DNA from: an uncultured Candidatus Rokubacteria bacterium | GTDB taxonomy: Bacteria > Methylomirabilota > Methylomirabilia > Rokubacteriales > CSP1-6 | Length of the DNA stretch: 64,000 nucleotides | Direction of reading: 5' to 3' | NCBI GenBank assembly: GCA_963771355.1 | Contig: CAVYTA010000006.1 | Span: 2,592,001 to 2,656,000, forward strand | Part shown: piece by piece, positions 30,732 through 41,604 of the stretch | Position numbering within the stretch: the stretch's first letter is position 1 | Layout of the letters: the number at the start of each line of letters is the position of its first letter | Notes under the pieces: generated by a model | Databases searched by the model: none | What the model saw: the letters and a program-made list of their open reading frames with translations, nothing else | Told to the model about the DNA's origin: nothing | Program-made: the position numbers and the translations under genes

Positions 30732-32250
30732 ATGGCCGTGTCACCGCCGACCTCAGATCAGCTCAAGGTAATCGCCGACGCGATGGGGCTCGCCCTCACC
30801 GAGAGCGACCTCGCGTCCTTCGTCGCGCTGATGAAGCCGAGCATCGACGGCTACAATGTGGTCGACGCGCTGCCCGGACAATTTGCCGGCGGTGAAGTAT
30901 CCGCGCACGCCGGGCTGTCCGCCCCCAGCCCGAGGAGAACACGCGCAACGCCTGGTACGTCAAGACGCGCGATGGAGGGCGCCCCGAGCGGCAAGCTCAA
31001 GGGGAAGACCGTCGTGCTCAAGGATAACGTGATGCTCGCGGGCGTGCAGATGATGAACGGCGCGTCCACGCTCGAGGGCTACACGCCGGAGATCGACGCC
31101 ACCATCGTCACCCGCATCCTCGATGCCGCCGGCACCATCGTCGGCAAGGCGCACTGCGAGTACTTCTGTCTGTCCGGGGGCAGTCACACCAACGCCACCG
31201 GCCCCGTCCACAACCCACACAAGATGGGCTACTCGGCCGGCGGCTCGTCGTCGGGGAGCGCGGTGCTGGTGGCGCTGCGCGAGGTCGACATGGCGATCGG
31301 CGGAGACCAGGGCGGGTCGATCCGCATGCCAGCGTCATTCTGCGGCATCTACGGAATGAAGCCGACCCACGGACTCGTCCCTTACACCGGCATCATGCCG
31401 ATCGAGATCTACGTCGACCACACGGGGCCGATGACGGGGACGGTCCGGGACAACGCCCTGCTCCTCGAGGTGATCGCGGGCGCCGACGGGTACGACCCGC
31501 GCCAGTACTCGCCGAAGGTGCACCCCTACACCGAGGCCCTCGGCGGCGGCGTTGACGGCCTCAAGATCGGCCTCGTCAAGGAAGGGTTCGGCCTGCCCAA
31601 CTCCGAGCGCGACGTGGACGCCAAGGTGCGCAAGGCGGGCGAGCTCCTCGGCAAGCTCGGCGCGAAGGTCACCGAGGTCTCGATCCCGTGGCACACGCTG
31701 GCGGGCGCGCTGTGGCTCCCTATCGGGGTGGAAGGCCTCACTCAGACGATGATGTGGGGTGACGGGTACGGCCTCAGCCGTCCCGACCTCTACGTGGCCA
31801 GCCTCATGGACTTCCACCGTGGCTGGCGGCAGCGCGCCAACGAGCTCTCGGAGACGACGAAGCTCTTCACGCTCCTCGGCACCTACATCCACCAGGAGCA
31901 CGGCAGCCGCTACTACGGCAAGGCCATGAACATCACGCCGTCGCCTCACCGCCGCCTACGACGCCGCCCTCGCCGAGCACGACCTCCTGATGATGCCCAC
32001 GACGCCGATGAAGGCGCAGCCCATGCCGAAGCCGGGCGCGCCGCGCGAGGAGGTCGTACAGCGGGCGCTCGAGATGATCACGAATACGGCGCCCTTCGAC
32101 ATCTCGCACCACCCGGCCATGGCCATTCCGTGCGGGATGAGCGCCGGCCTGCCGGTGAGCATGATGTTGGTGGGCAAGCACTGGGACGAGCCGACAATCT
32201 ACCAGGCTGCCGCCGCCTTCGAGGGCGCCGGCGATTGGAAGTCGATGTAA
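30732..32250 (+). CDS. Amidase (aliphatic/enantioselective amidase-like); indels at about 30875-30970 and 31938
   Basis: AAGGAGG RBS; GGSSSGS and GGDQGGSIR; off-frame VKYPRTPG and [11 protein letters not shown]; shifted tail [18 protein letters not shown]...GDWKSM. Confidence 0.87.
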
Positions 32251-32324
32251 GCGAATCAACCGGCCGATCCCGTGCGTGTTGGTAATGAGACCGTGAGCGG
32301 TCTGTCCTCCGGTGGAGGGAACCC

Positions 32325-33591
32325 ATGCCCGAATCATCCACGCGCTTCACCCTGATCACGGCGGCTCGCCTGCTCGACGGCACCGGGGCGGCGCCCGTCG
32401 ACCAGGCGGCCGTGCTCATCGACGCTGGCCGCATCGTCGGCCTGGGCCGCGCGGCCGACATTCCCATTCCGAGCGGCGCCGTCCGTAGACCGCAGAGACT
32501 ACGGCGCGGCCACCATCCTCCCCGGCCTCGTGGACGCCCACACGCACCTGGTGGCGCCGGGCGATGGCACCCTCGGCGACGACATCGCCAAGGAAGACGA
32601 CGACATCCTGCTGCTCCAGGCCGCCAAGAACGCGCGCACCCTGCTCCACTCGGGGGTGACCACGCTCCGCGAGAACGGCGCCAAGGGCAAGGTGGCCTTC
32701 TCGCTGCGCGAGGGCATCCGCCGCAAGCTCGCCCCGGGGCCGCGGATGGTCATCTGCGGGCGGCCGATCGCGATGACGGGCGGGCACATGGGCTACTTCG
32801 GGTCCGAGGCCGACGGCGAGACGGCGGTGCGCGCCGAGGTCCGCAAGCTCCTCAAGGAGGGCGCCGACTACATCAAGATCGTGGCCAGCGGCGGCTCGAC
32901 GCGCACCTCGGATCCCAACCGCGCCTCGTACACCGTGGGCGAGCTCGCGGCGATGAGCGACGAAGCCCACCGGCACGGCAAGCTCACCGCCGCCCACTGC
33001 ACCTCCGCGCAGTCCGTCCAGAACTGCCTCGATGCCCAGGTGGACATGATCATCCACTGCATCTTCGCCGAGCCCGACGGCACCTACCGCTTCCGCCCGG
33101 ACCTCGTCGAGCGGCTGGCCGCCGCCAAGGCGTGGGTCAATCCCACGCTCTACGTGATGCAGGCCGGGATCGACCGGCTTCGCGAGGCGCGGGAGCGCGA
33201 GGGGCGCCTCACGCCGGAGCTCGTGGCGCAGCTCGACGAGTCGCGGCGAGCGCTGGACGTGAAAGTGGACGCCGTGCGGCGGATGAGCGAGGCCGGCGTG
33301 CGGATGACGGCGGGGTCCGACTCGCCCTGGGGCTGGTACGCGCCCGGGGAGTTCGTCCACGAGATCCACATGATGGCGCGAGCGGGGCTCTCGTACTCGG
33401 ACGCGATCGTGACCGGCACCGCGGGAGCGGCGGAGTCCATCGGCGCGGGCGGCGTGGCCGGGCAGCTCGCGCCGGGCCGGCTCGCCGACGTGCTCGTGGT
33501 GCGTGGAGACCCCACGCGCGAGATCACCGCGCTGTGGGACGTCCTCGACGTCTACCAGGCGGGCCGCCGCATCGCCCGCGAGGTGACGTAG
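32325..33591 (+). CDS. Metal-dependent amidohydrolase; frameshift near 32481
   Basis: ITAARLLDGTG N-terminus; PGLVDAHTH, YIKIVASGG, AAHC, IIHC, AGSDS, GRLADVLVV. Confidence 0.88.
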
Positions 33592-33594
33592 CGC

Positions 33595-34563
33595 TCAATA
33601 GAGGTGGCAGGCAGCCTCGTGTCCCGCGCCGACGGCCCGAGGAAGCGGGCGCTCGACACGGCAGCGGTCGAAGACGAACGGGCAGCGCGGGTGGAATCGG
33701 CAACCGGGGGGCACGTCGAGCGCGCTGGCCACCTCTCCCCTGGGCACGATGCGCTCGCGGCGCCGCGTGGGATCGGCAACCGGAATGGCGGAGAGCAAGG
33801 CCTGGGTGTATGGATGCTTGGGCTCGCGGTGAATCGCCTCCCGGGAGCCGATCTCGACAATCTCGCCGAGATACATCACCGCCACGCGGTCCGACATGTG
33901 GAGGACCACGTGGAGATCGTGGGAGATGAAGAGGTAGGTGAGGCCGAAGCGGCGGCGGAGATCCATCAGGAGGTTCAGCACCTGGGCCTGGATCGACACG
34001 TCGAGGGCCGACACCGGCTCGTCGGCCACGATGAGGCTGGGCTGGAGCGCCAGCGCCGCCGCGATCCCGATGCGCTGGCGCTGGCCGCCCGACAGCTCGT
34101 GCGGGTAGCGCTGGGCGAACCCCGGATCGAGCCCGACCACCTCGAGCAGCGCCGCCGTGCGTCGGAGCCGGTCCCGGGCGTCCGCCAGGCCATAGATGGC
34201 GAGCGGCTCGGCGACGATTTGTCCCACCCGCATCCGCGGGTTGAGCGAGCCGAACGGATCCTGGAAGACGATCTGCATGCGCTGCCGCGCGGCCCAGAGC
34301 TCCCGCGCGGATAGCGCGACCAGGTCACGGCCCTCGAAGCGGACATGCCCGCCGCTGGGCTCGATCAGGCGCAGGATGAGGCGGCCCGTGGTGGACTTGC
34401 CGCAGCCCGATTCGCCCACGAGGCCCAGCGTTTCGCCGCGCTCGAGCGTGAAGCTCACGCCGTCGACGGCGCGGATCACGCGACGGCGCCGCGCGAGCCA
34501 CGCGCCGCCCACGTCGAACTGCTTGGCGAGACCCTCTACCTCGAGGAGTGGACCCGCGCTCAC
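33595..34563 (-). CDS. Oligopeptide ABC ATP-binding protein (OppF/DppF-like)
   Basis: [39 protein letters not shown]. Confidence 0.94.
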   Translation of the reverse strand: MSAGPLLEVEGLAKQFDVGGAWLARRRRVIRAVDGVSFTLERGETLGLVGESGCGKSTTGRLILRLIEPSGGHVRFEGRDLVALSARELWAARQRMQIVFQDPFGSLNPRMRVGQIVAEPLAIYGLADARDRLRRTAALLEVVGLDPGFAQRYPHELSGGQRQRIGIAAALALQPSLIVADEPVSALDVSIQAQVLNLLMDLRRRFGLTYLFISHDLHVVLHMSDRVAVMYLGEIVEIGSREAIHREPKHPYTQALLSAIPVADPTRRRERIVPRGEVASALDVPPGCRFHPRCPFVFDRCRVERPLPRAVGAGHEAACHLY

Positions 34564-35522
34564 GCCACCACCGGGCAGGCCACGAAGTGTCCGGGCTCCC
34601 GCTCCACCAGCGCGGGGTCGTCGCGCCGGCAGCTCGCGATGGCATGGGCGCAGCGGGGGGCGAAGCGGCAGCCGGTGCCGGGCTGGCGGAGGTCCGGCGG
34701 CACGCCCTCGATGGAGGCGAGGGGTTGCCCGAAGCGACTCGGCTGCGGCAGGCACTCGAGGAGGCCCCGCGTATAGGGATGAATCGGCCGAGCGAACAGC
34801 CGCCCCACCGGCGCCAGCTCGACGATGCGCCCGCCATAGATGACGGCGACGCGGTGGCAGAGCTCGGCGACCACGCCCAGATCGTGGGTGATGAGGAGGA
34901 CCGCCATACCACGCTCCGCCTGGAGCCGCCGGAGGAGATCCAGGATCTGCGCCTGGATCGTGACGTCGAGCGCCGTGGTCGGCTCGTCGGCGATCAGGAG
35001 CGCCGGTCCCGCAGCCAGTGCCATCGCGATCATGGCGCGCTGGCGCAAGCCGCCCGAGAGCTGGTGCGGGTAGTCGCGGGCGCGCTGGCGGGGCGACGGG
35101 ATCTGGACCAGGTCGAGCATCGCGTGCGTGCGCTCCCAGGCCGCGTGGCGGCCGCCGCCTCCATGCGCGAGCACCGCCGAGGCGATCTGGTCGCCGATGG
35201 AGAAGACGGGGTTGAGGGAGGTCATCGGCTCCTGAAAGACCATGGCGATCCGGGCGCCCCGCACGCGACGCATGGCCTCGGGATCCTTGCCGAGCAGGTC
35301 CTCGCCCTCGAACAGGATCCGGCCCGCCGCGATGCGGCCGGGCGGCGGCAGGAGACGCATGATGGACAGCGAGGTGACGCTCTTGCCGCACCCGCTCTCG
35401 CCCACGAGCCCGAGCACCTCGCCCCGGTCGATCGTGAAGCTCACCCCGTCCACCGCGCGGAGCTCGCCCTGGCTGGTGGGGAAGTGGGTGGCCAGGCCTT
35501 CGACGACGAGAAGCGGCGGCAT
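34560..35522 (-). CDS. Oligopeptide ABC ATP-binding protein (OppD/DppD-like)
   Basis: [38 protein letters not shown]. Confidence 0.94.
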   Translation of the reverse strand: MPPLLVVEGLATHFPTSQGELRAVDGVSFTIDRGEVLGLVGESGCGKSVTSLSIMRLLPPPGRIAAGRILFEGEDLLGKDPEAMRRVRGARIAMVFQEPMTSLNPVFSIGDQIASAVLAHGGGGRHAAWERTHAMLDLVQIPSPRQRARDYPHQLSGGLRQRAMIAMALAAGPALLIADEPTTALDVTIQAQILDLLRRLQAERGMAVLLITHDLGVVAELCHRVAVIYGGRIVELAPVGRLFARPIHPYTRGLLECLPQPSRFGQPLASIEGVPPDLRQPGTGCRFAPRCAHAIASCRRDDPALVEREPGHFVACPVVA

Positions 35523-35523
35523 C

Positions 35524-36414
35524 CTAGATCTTGAGGCGCGGATCGAGCGTGTCGCGCAACCAGTCGCCCAGGAGGTTCACCGCGAGCACGGTCAGCATGA
35601 TCGCGAGCCCCGGGAAGGTGGCGAGCCACCAGGCGGTGGCGACGTAGTTCCGCCCGTCGGCGAGCATCCACCCCCAGGTCGGCGTGGGCGGCTGCACTCC
35701 GAGCCCGAGGAAGGACAGCGCCGACTCGTAGATGATCATGAACGCGAGCTCGAGCGTGGCCACCACGATGATCGGGGTCAGCGCATTCGGCAGGACATGC
35801 CGGAGTAGCAGCCGCATCGACCGATTACCGCGCGCCCGGGCCCCGCTCACGAACTCGCGCTCGCGGATGGACAGCACGTCGGCGCGGACGATGCGGGCGA
35901 ACTGCACCCAGCGGGTGACCGCCATCACCAGGATCACGTTGAGGAGGCTCGGGCCCAGCGCGAAGACCACGCCCATCGCGAGCAGGATGTAGGGGATCGC
36001 GAGGAAGACGTCCACCACGCGCATGATGAAGGCATCGGTGCGCCCGCCGTGGAAGCCGGCGAGGAGGCCGAGGGTGACGCCGATGAGGCCGGACAGCGTG
36101 ACCGCGGAGAGACCGACGCCGAGAGAGATCCGGCCCCCGTACAGGATGCGGCTGAGGATGTCGCGTCCGAGGTGGTCGGTGCCGAGCGGATGCTCTCGCA
36201 GGCCCCGTTCCTGCCACATCGGGGGCCGGAGCCGCTTGACGAGCATCTGGCGCCCCGGATCCCAGGGGGCGATCTGCGGGGCCGCCAGCGCCGCGCCGCC
36301 CATGAGGAGCAGCACCGCGATCCCGAAGACGGCGCGGAAGCTCACCCGGCGACGGGCGGGCGGGGCGACGGGGCGAAGATCGGCCACCGTCGCCGGGCTC
36401 GCGGCGTCGCTCAT
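35524..36414 (-). CDS. ABC permease (OppC/DppC-like)
   Basis: [29 protein letters not shown]. Confidence 0.93.
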   Translation of the reverse strand: MSDAASPATVADLRPVAPPARRRVSFRAVFGIAVLLLMGGAALAAPQIAPWDPGRQMLVKRLRPPMWQERGLREHPLGTDHLGRDILSRILYGGRISLGVGLSAVTLSGLIGVTLGLLAGFHGGRTDAFIMRVVDVFLAIPYILLAMGVVFALGPSLLNVILVMAVTRWVQFARIVRADVLSIREREFVSGARARGNRSMRLLLRHVLPNALTPIIVVATLELAFMIIYESALSFLGLGVQPPTPTWGWMLADGRNYVATAWWLATFPGLAIMLTVLAVNLLGDWLRDTLDPRLKI

Positions 36415-37340
36415 TGCTTGCTCCGCACGAAGACGATCCGCGGGTCGAGATAGGTGTAGACGAGGTCCATCACCAGGTTGATCAGGACGAAGAGCGTGGC
36501 GAGCATGGCGACGATGGCTTGCACCAGCGGGTAGTCACGGCTGAAGATCGCGTCCACCGCGAGCCGGCCGACGCCCGGCCAGGCAAAGATCGTCTCCGTG
36601 ATCACGGCGCCGCCCAGGAGAATCCCGAACTCGAGGCCCACGATGGTGACGAGGGGGATGGCCGCGTTCTTGAGCGCGTACTTGTACGTCACCACGAAGG
36701 TGCGGAGGCCCGCGGCGCGCGCGGTGCGGACATAGTCCTGCGCGAGCACCTCGAGCATGCCCGAGCGCGCCATCCGCGCGATGCGCGCCATCGAGAAGGC
36801 CCCCAGCGCGGTGGCCGGCAGCACCAGGGAGGCCAGCCCGTCGCGGCCCGCCGCCGGGAACCACCCGAGCCAGACGGCGAAGACGAGGATCAGCAAGAGC
36901 CCGAGCCAGTACACGGGCATGGCCTGTCCCAGCAGCACCCCCACGGAGCAGACGGCATCCAGGAACGAATTGCGGCGGAGCGCGGCCAGGATGCCGGCCG
37001 GCACCGCCACCACCAGGGCCAGGGCCAGGCCCGCCGCCGTCAGCTCGAGCGTGGCGGGCAGCGTCTGGCGGATCAGGGTGAGGGCGGGCACCTGGTGCTT
37101 GAAGGAGAGCCCGAAGTCGCCGCGGACGGCGCGGGAGAGAAAGCGCAGGTACTGGACCCAGAGCGGATCATCGAGTCCCAGCAGCGCGCGGAGCTGCCGG
37201 ACATCCTCCTCGCGCGCCTCGAGCGGCAGGAGGAGCCGCGTCGGATCGCCGGTGAGGTGCAGGAGTCCGAAGACGATCACCGAGACGCCGAGGAGAACCA
37301 GCACACTCTGCAGGAGCCGGCGCAGGACGTAGGCGAGCAT
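36411..37340 (-). CDS. ABC permease (OppB/DppB-like)
   Basis: GDFGLS, DYVRTARAAG, WPGVGRL, YLDPRI. Confidence 0.93.
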   Translation of the reverse strand: MLAYVLRRLLQSVLVLLGVSVIVFGLLHLTGDPTRLLLPLEAREEDVRQLRALLGLDDPLWVQYLRFLSRAVRGDFGLSFKHQVPALTLIRQTLPATLELTAAGLALALVVAVPAGILAALRRNSFLDAVCSVGVLLGQAMPVYWLGLLLILVFAVWLGWFPAAGRDGLASLVLPATALGAFSMARIARMARSGMLEVLAQDYVRTARAAGLRTFVVTYKYALKNAAIPLVTIVGLEFGILLGGAVITETIFAWPGVGRLAVDAIFSRDYPLVQAIVAMLATLFVLINLVMDLVYTYLDPRIVFVRSKQ

Positions 37341-37350
37341 GCGCGGAGCC

Positions 37351-37396
37351 TCCCCTCACCCTCCCCTTTCCCCGGGGGGGAGAGGGGGAAAGGGGA
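37351..37396. repeat. REP-like C-rich/G-rich imperfect palindrome between the SBP and permease genes
   Basis: TCCCCTCACCCTCCCCTTTCCCC-GGGGGGGAGAGGGGGAAAGGGGA. Confidence 0.6.
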
Positions 37397-37437
37397 CTGG
37401 TCGAGAGGCGAGACGCGGAGCGGTTTTCAGCAGCCGG

Positions 37438-38952
37438 CTAGAACCCGATCTCGGTCAGCCGGATCGACTCGTCTCCCCGCGGCGTCCACTTGAGGCGATT
37501 GTTCACGCCGTAGATGTCCATCTGCTGGTACCCGAAGATCCACGGCGCGTCGTCGCGGATCAGCCGGAGGAGCTGGCTGTAGAGCTGCTTTCGCTTCTCC
37601 GTGTTCATCTCCGCGCGGGCCTGCTGGATGAGCTTGTCGACCTCGGGGTTCGAGTACTGGGAGACCGGCTCCCCGGTGTGCAGGTTCGGCGTCACCCAGT
37701 GGTCCGGCTCGAGGCTCGGCAGGCACCACCCGTTCATGAAGATGTCCTCGGTCTTGTGGTCCAGCACCGAGCGGACGTAGCTCCCCCACTCGCCGATGAT
37801 CTTCACGTTGGTCTTGATGCCGTTCTCCGTGAGCTGGCCGGCCACCGCCTGGGCGATGTCCTTGTCCATGGCCCAGCGCCCGTTCGGGGCCTGGAGGGTG
37901 AGCTGGAGGTTCGTCTGGCCCGCGGCGGCCAGGAGCTCCTTGGCCTTCTTGGGGTTGTAGTCGTAGAACGGAATGGACGGATCGTAGCCCCACACGTTGG
38001 GGGGCATGGACGAGTTGATCCGCTTGCCATTGCCCTGGAGCACGCTGTCGAGGATGCCCTGAACGTCCACCGCGTGGTTGATGGCCTGGCGGACCCGGCG
38101 ATCGGCGAGCGCGCCGCCCTTGATCTGCGCGATGCCGAAATAGATGATGCGGCAGCTCGGCATCTTCTCGACCCGGACGCTCCTGGTGGAGGTGAGCGTC
38201 GGGAGCTGGTCGGGCGGAACGTTCACGATCAGGTCGGCCTGACCGGTCTGAAGCGCCGCGATCCGCGCGCCGAGCTCGGGGATGGGCCGCCACGTCGCCC
38301 GCCGCACCGCCGGCTTGCCGCTCCAGTGCGCGTCGTTGGCCTCGACCACGATGCGGTCGTTCTTGGTCCACTCGACGAACTTGAACGGGCCCGTGCCCAC
38401 CGGCTTGAGGTTGGCCTGCACGTCGCCGACCTGCGCCACGTACTTGGGCGCCAGCTGGTACATGAGGGTCATGCGCGCCGGCATCGCGGGGTCGGGCACC
38501 TTGGTGTGGAAGCGCACCGTGTGAGGATCGACGATCTCCACGCGCTCGATCGTGCTGAACCAGCCCTTCTGCGGCGATTTGAAGTCGGCGCGGTAGATGC
38601 GCTCGAAGGAGAACTTGACCGCGGTCGCGTCGAAGGGCTCGCCATTGTGAAAGGTCACGCCCGGGCGGAGCTTGACCTCCCACACCTTCTCGCTCACCAG
38701 CTTGTGCGAGGTCGCCAGCGCGGGCACGAGCTGGAGCTGCTTGTCGCGCGTCAGCAGCGTGTCGTAGATCGACGTGTTGATGATGAGCGTCACGATGTTG
38801 TTGGTCATCTGCACGTCGAGGAACTCGGCGTCGATGCCCTGGGCGACGGTGATATCGCGCTCGCCGGCGGCCCACAGGGGATCGGGCGCTACGCCCGCCA
38901 TCGTCACGAGGACGGCCACCATGACTGCCAGGGACTGGAACGTTCGCCGCAT
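37438..38952 (-). CDS. ABC peptide substrate-binding protein (family 5)
   Basis: Signal peptide; LRPGVTFHNG, PVGTGPF, VRQAINHAVD. Confidence 0.93.
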   Translation of the reverse strand: MRRTFQSLAVMVAVLVTMAGVAPDPLWAAGERDITVAQGIDAEFLDVQMTNNIVTLIINTSIYDTLLTRDKQLQLVPALATSHKLVSEKVWEVKLRPGVTFHNGEPFDATAVKFSFERIYRADFKSPQKGWFSTIERVEIVDPHTVRFHTKVPDPAMPARMTLMYQLAPKYVAQVGDVQANLKPVGTGPFKFVEWTKNDRIVVEANDAHWSGKPAVRRATWRPIPELGARIAALQTGQADLIVNVPPDQLPTLTSTRSVRVEKMPSCRIIYFGIAQIKGGALADRRVRQAINHAVDVQGILDSVLQGNGKRINSSMPPNVWGYDPSIPFYDYNPKKAKELLAAAGQTNLQLTLQAPNGRWAMDKDIAQAVAGQLTENGIKTNVKIIGEWGSYVRSVLDHKTEDIFMNGWCLPSLEPDHWVTPNLHTGEPVSQYSNPEVDKLIQQARAEMNTEKRKQLYSQLLRLIRDDAPWIFGYQQMDIYGVNNRLKWTPRGDESIRLTEIGF

Positions 38953-39021
38953 GGAGCCCTCCTTCGCTGAAGTGGTCTGCGCTCGCCGCCAGGGTCAGGA
39001 TCGAGTCCGAGGAGCGGGCTG

Positions 39022-39050
39022 ATGGTATGTCCCGGGAGCGAGGGTGTCAA
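39022..39050 (-). promoter_or_regulatory. Sigma70-like promoter of the opp/dpp operon
   Basis: Minus strand TTGACA-N17-TACCAT, about 70 nt upstream of the SBP start. Confidence 0.65.
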
Positions 39051-39082
39051 GCCGCGGGGCGGGTCGGACCGCGGTCGCGCCG

Positions 39083-39390
39083 TTACTCGTGGGCGAAGGG
39101 ATTGACGAGCATGCGCGGCAGCGTCAGGTCCGCGGCGGGCCGGAACTGCTCGAGGCCGATCACCATCTCCTCGTGTCCGGCCGCCGGCTCGGCGACCTAG
39201 GTGCCGAAGAGCCGGTCCCACCACGGGAAGAGGTTGCCGAGGTTGCTGTCGGTCTCCCTGGCCGCCGCCGAGTGATGGACGCGATGCAGGTCCGGCGTGA
39301 CGAGCGCGCGGCGGACCAGCGCCTCGCCGGCGCCCCACAAGCGGACATTGGCGTGAGAGAAGACCGAACTGGCAAGATCTTCGAGCTCGA
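39083..39390 (-). pseudogene. Sterol desaturase/fatty-acid hydroxylase family remnant (5'-truncated, internal TAG)
   Basis: FSHANV...TPDLHRVHHS...DSNLGNLFPWWDRLFGT*VAEPAAGHEEMVIGLEQF...NPFAHE. Confidence 0.8.
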
Positions 39391-39622
39391 TGACCAGTCC
39401 TTCTCGCGAATCTCCATGCCAGCATGACCTTGCCGCGGTCCGGTCGGACGCGGAAGACCGGCTTCTGGCGCATCGCGGTGTCGACCAAGGACGAGCCCCT
39501 GCTCGCACTCACGCCGACCGGTGAGGACGAGATACTCTATGTCATCGGCGTGCGAGACCGAACTTTCTAGCTGGACGGGAAGCTTTGGGAGCTGGCCAAG
39601 CTCTGAGTGGCGCGCGCCGCGC

Positions 39623-40051
39623 TCACGTCGCTTTCGCGGGGGCCTCGGCTACGACGTGGATGACACGCAGGCGAAACTTCCTTTCGGCTCGGTGCACCAG
39701 GTCGAGCTTCAGCCAACGCGACAGGCCCGGAGGCAATGTGCAGATGACGAGCGTCTCGTAGCCAGGGTGCGCAAGCAGCTCGTCGCTGATCGCCTGCAGC
39801 GGATCAGGCGCCCCAACGGCCGTACGGAAGACGCGCGCTTGCGCCGTCTCTTCGAGAAGCGTCTTGGCGGCGTCGGCGCGCTGCTTTGCGCCGTCTACGG
39901 TTTCGCCCTCCCACGTCGTCGCACCAGTGGGCGCCTCCGGGACGAGCACGGCAAACTCCGCGGCGGCGTTTCCCGCGGCCAGCGCACGCACGGTTTGCTG
40001 AAGGGCGGGGCTCAAGGCGGTCTGATGCGTGACGACCAAATACTTCGTCAT
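39623..40051 (-). CDS. Hypothetical protein, universal-stress-protein-like fold
   Basis: GGAGG RBS; YLVVTHQT, DPLQAI and LVICTLP...SRWLK...VIHVVA pattern. Confidence 0.7.
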   Translation of the reverse strand: MTKYLVVTHQTALSPALQQTVRALAAGNAAAEFAVLVPEAPTGATTWEGETVDGAKQRADAAKTLLEETAQARVFRTAVGAPDPLQAISDELLAHPGYETLVICTLPPGLSRWLKLDLVHRAERKFRLRVIHVVAEAPAKAT

Positions 40052-40091
40052 GGTCCACCTCCCTCATGAACCTCGGTCGTCGCTAGCTAAG

Positions 40092-40442
40092 CTAGGCGAT
40101 GTTCCACAGCAGGTAGGCCGTTGCCGCCGTTCCCAGGAGGGCGGCGCCATAGCACAGGACGGCGATGAGCTCGGTCAGATGCTTCAGCTGCAGGCCATCG
40201 TAGAGCGTGTACCTGAAGCGATGAGCCCAATGGAAGAGGGGCAAGGAGATGAGGACGAACAGGTAGAGGCGGGTCACCGGATGTGTCAGGAGGCGGTGGA
40301 GGAACTCGTAGCGGGGTTCCTCGAGCCATCCCAGAGGAAAGGCCAGACCGGTCAGAAACAGATGGACGGGGAAGAGGAACGCGGCGACGGTGCCCCCCGC
40401 ACTGAACAAGAGCCACAAGAGAGGGGTGATCCGCTCCATCAT
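40092..40442 (-). CDS. frdD: Fumarate reductase membrane anchor subunit D
   Basis: PLLWLLFSAGG and LPLFHWAHR; last gene of the frdABCD block. Confidence 0.9.
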   Translation of the reverse strand: MMERITPLLWLLFSAGGTVAAFLFPVHLFLTGLAFPLGWLEEPRYEFLHRLLTHPVTRLYLFVLISLPLFHWAHRFRYTLYDGLQLKHLTELIAVLCYGAALLGTAATAYLLWNIA

Positions 40443-40859
40443 CTACCCGCGCAGCAACACAAAGGCCACCGCCCCCGAGAGCACGAGCCAGGCCGCGTAG
40501 TTCAGGCCGAGGATGACCGAGTCGGGCACTCGCTTGCCCCGGACCCGCAAGACCATCGCCTTGGGGGTCAGATTCAACCAGGTGATGGCATGGAAGAGGA
40601 CAAAGAGGAAGGCAACCGTATTGACGGCGAGGAAGAGCGGCGTCCGTAGCCGGGCGAGGAACTGCCCATAGGCCTCGGGACCCTGGACGAGGGCGTGGAG
40701 CTGCCACAGATAGACCACGGCGAAGAAGGCCACGAAGACGCTGGTGAGTTCCCGAAGGACAAAGCGAGTGTAGGACCGATTCTCGAGCCACCACCAGACG
40801 GACACGCGGCGGCGATACCACCGGGGATGGTACAGGGTGTAGGGGGGCTCAGCGCTCAT
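40443..40859 (-). CDS. frdC: Fumarate reductase membrane anchor subunit C
   Basis: [10 protein letters not shown]...[11 protein letters not shown] and [13 protein letters not shown]. Confidence 0.9.
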   Translation of the reverse strand: MSAEPPYTLYHPRWYRRRVSVWWWLENRSYTRFVLRELTSVFVAFFAVVYLWQLHALVQGPEAYGQFLARLRTPLFLAVNTVAFLFVLFHAITWLNLTPKAMVLRVRGKRVPDSVILGLNYAAWLVLSGAVAFVLLRG

Positions 40860-41599
40860 CTCGTGCCCCACGGAAGCAGCAGCGACTTGACCCAGTGGGT
40901 CGCGGCGGTGAGCTTGTATTGCTGGATGGCGCCCGCGGGATCCACGTGCTTGGGGCACACCTTCGTGCACTCCCCGACGAAGGTACACTGCCAGATGCCG
41001 TCGTGCTCGGAGAGGATCCGCAGGCGTTCCGCCGCCCCCTCGTCCCGGGAGTCCATGTTGTAACGCTGGGCCAGGGCGATGGCCGCGGGACCAATGAAGC
41101 CCGGCTCGAGTCCATAGATGGGGCACGCGGAGTAGCACAGCATGCAGTTGATGCACATGCTGAACTGCTTGTACGTATCGAGCTGGTCGGGAGTCTGGAG
41201 GTATTCGCCCTCGCCCGGCGACTTCTCCTCCTTGCGGATGATCCAGGGCTTCACCTGCTTGAGTTTCCGCACGAAATCGGTGAGGTCCACCACCAGGTCG
41301 CGCACCACCGGGAAGTAGTCCAGAGGTTCCACACGAATGGGACCAGGCAGGTAGTCGGACAGGAAGGTCGCGCACGTGAGCTTCGGCGTGCCATTCACCT
41401 TCATCCCGCAGCTGCCGCACACGCCCATCCGGCACGACCACCGGAAGGAGAGGGATCCGTCCATGTGGTCCTTGACATGGTTGAGGGCGTCCAGAACCAC
41501 CCAGTCCTTCCGATAGGGGATCTCATAGGTCTGGAACGTGGGTTCGGATTCCTGTTCCGGCCGATAGCGCGCGACGGTGAGAGCGACAGTGGACGGCAT
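40856..41599 (-). CDS. frdB: Fumarate reductase iron-sulfur subunit
   Basis: [38 protein letters not shown]. Confidence 0.94.
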   Translation of the reverse strand: MPSTVALTVARYRPEQESEPTFQTYEIPYRKDWVVLDALNHVKDHMDGSLSFRWSCRMGVCGSCGMKVNGTPKLTCATFLSDYLPGPIRVEPLDYFPVVRDLVVDLTDFVRKLKQVKPWIIRKEEKSPGEGEYLQTPDQLDTYKQFSMCINCMLCYSACPIYGLEPGFIGPAAIALAQRYNMDSRDEGAAERLRILSEHDGIWQCTFVGECTKVCPKHVDPAGAIQQYKLTAATHWVKSLLLPWGTR

Positions 41600-41604
41600 C
41601 CCTC

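Noticed and set aside
26860..32500. Programmed frameshifting or phase variation
   Set aside because: No slippery heptamers or long homopolymer tracts; too many scattered indels
39197..39199. Pyrrolysine or amber read-through in the desaturase remnant
   Set aside because: The gene is also 5'-truncated and the TAG is one substitution from a conserved Tyr codon; no pyl genes in view
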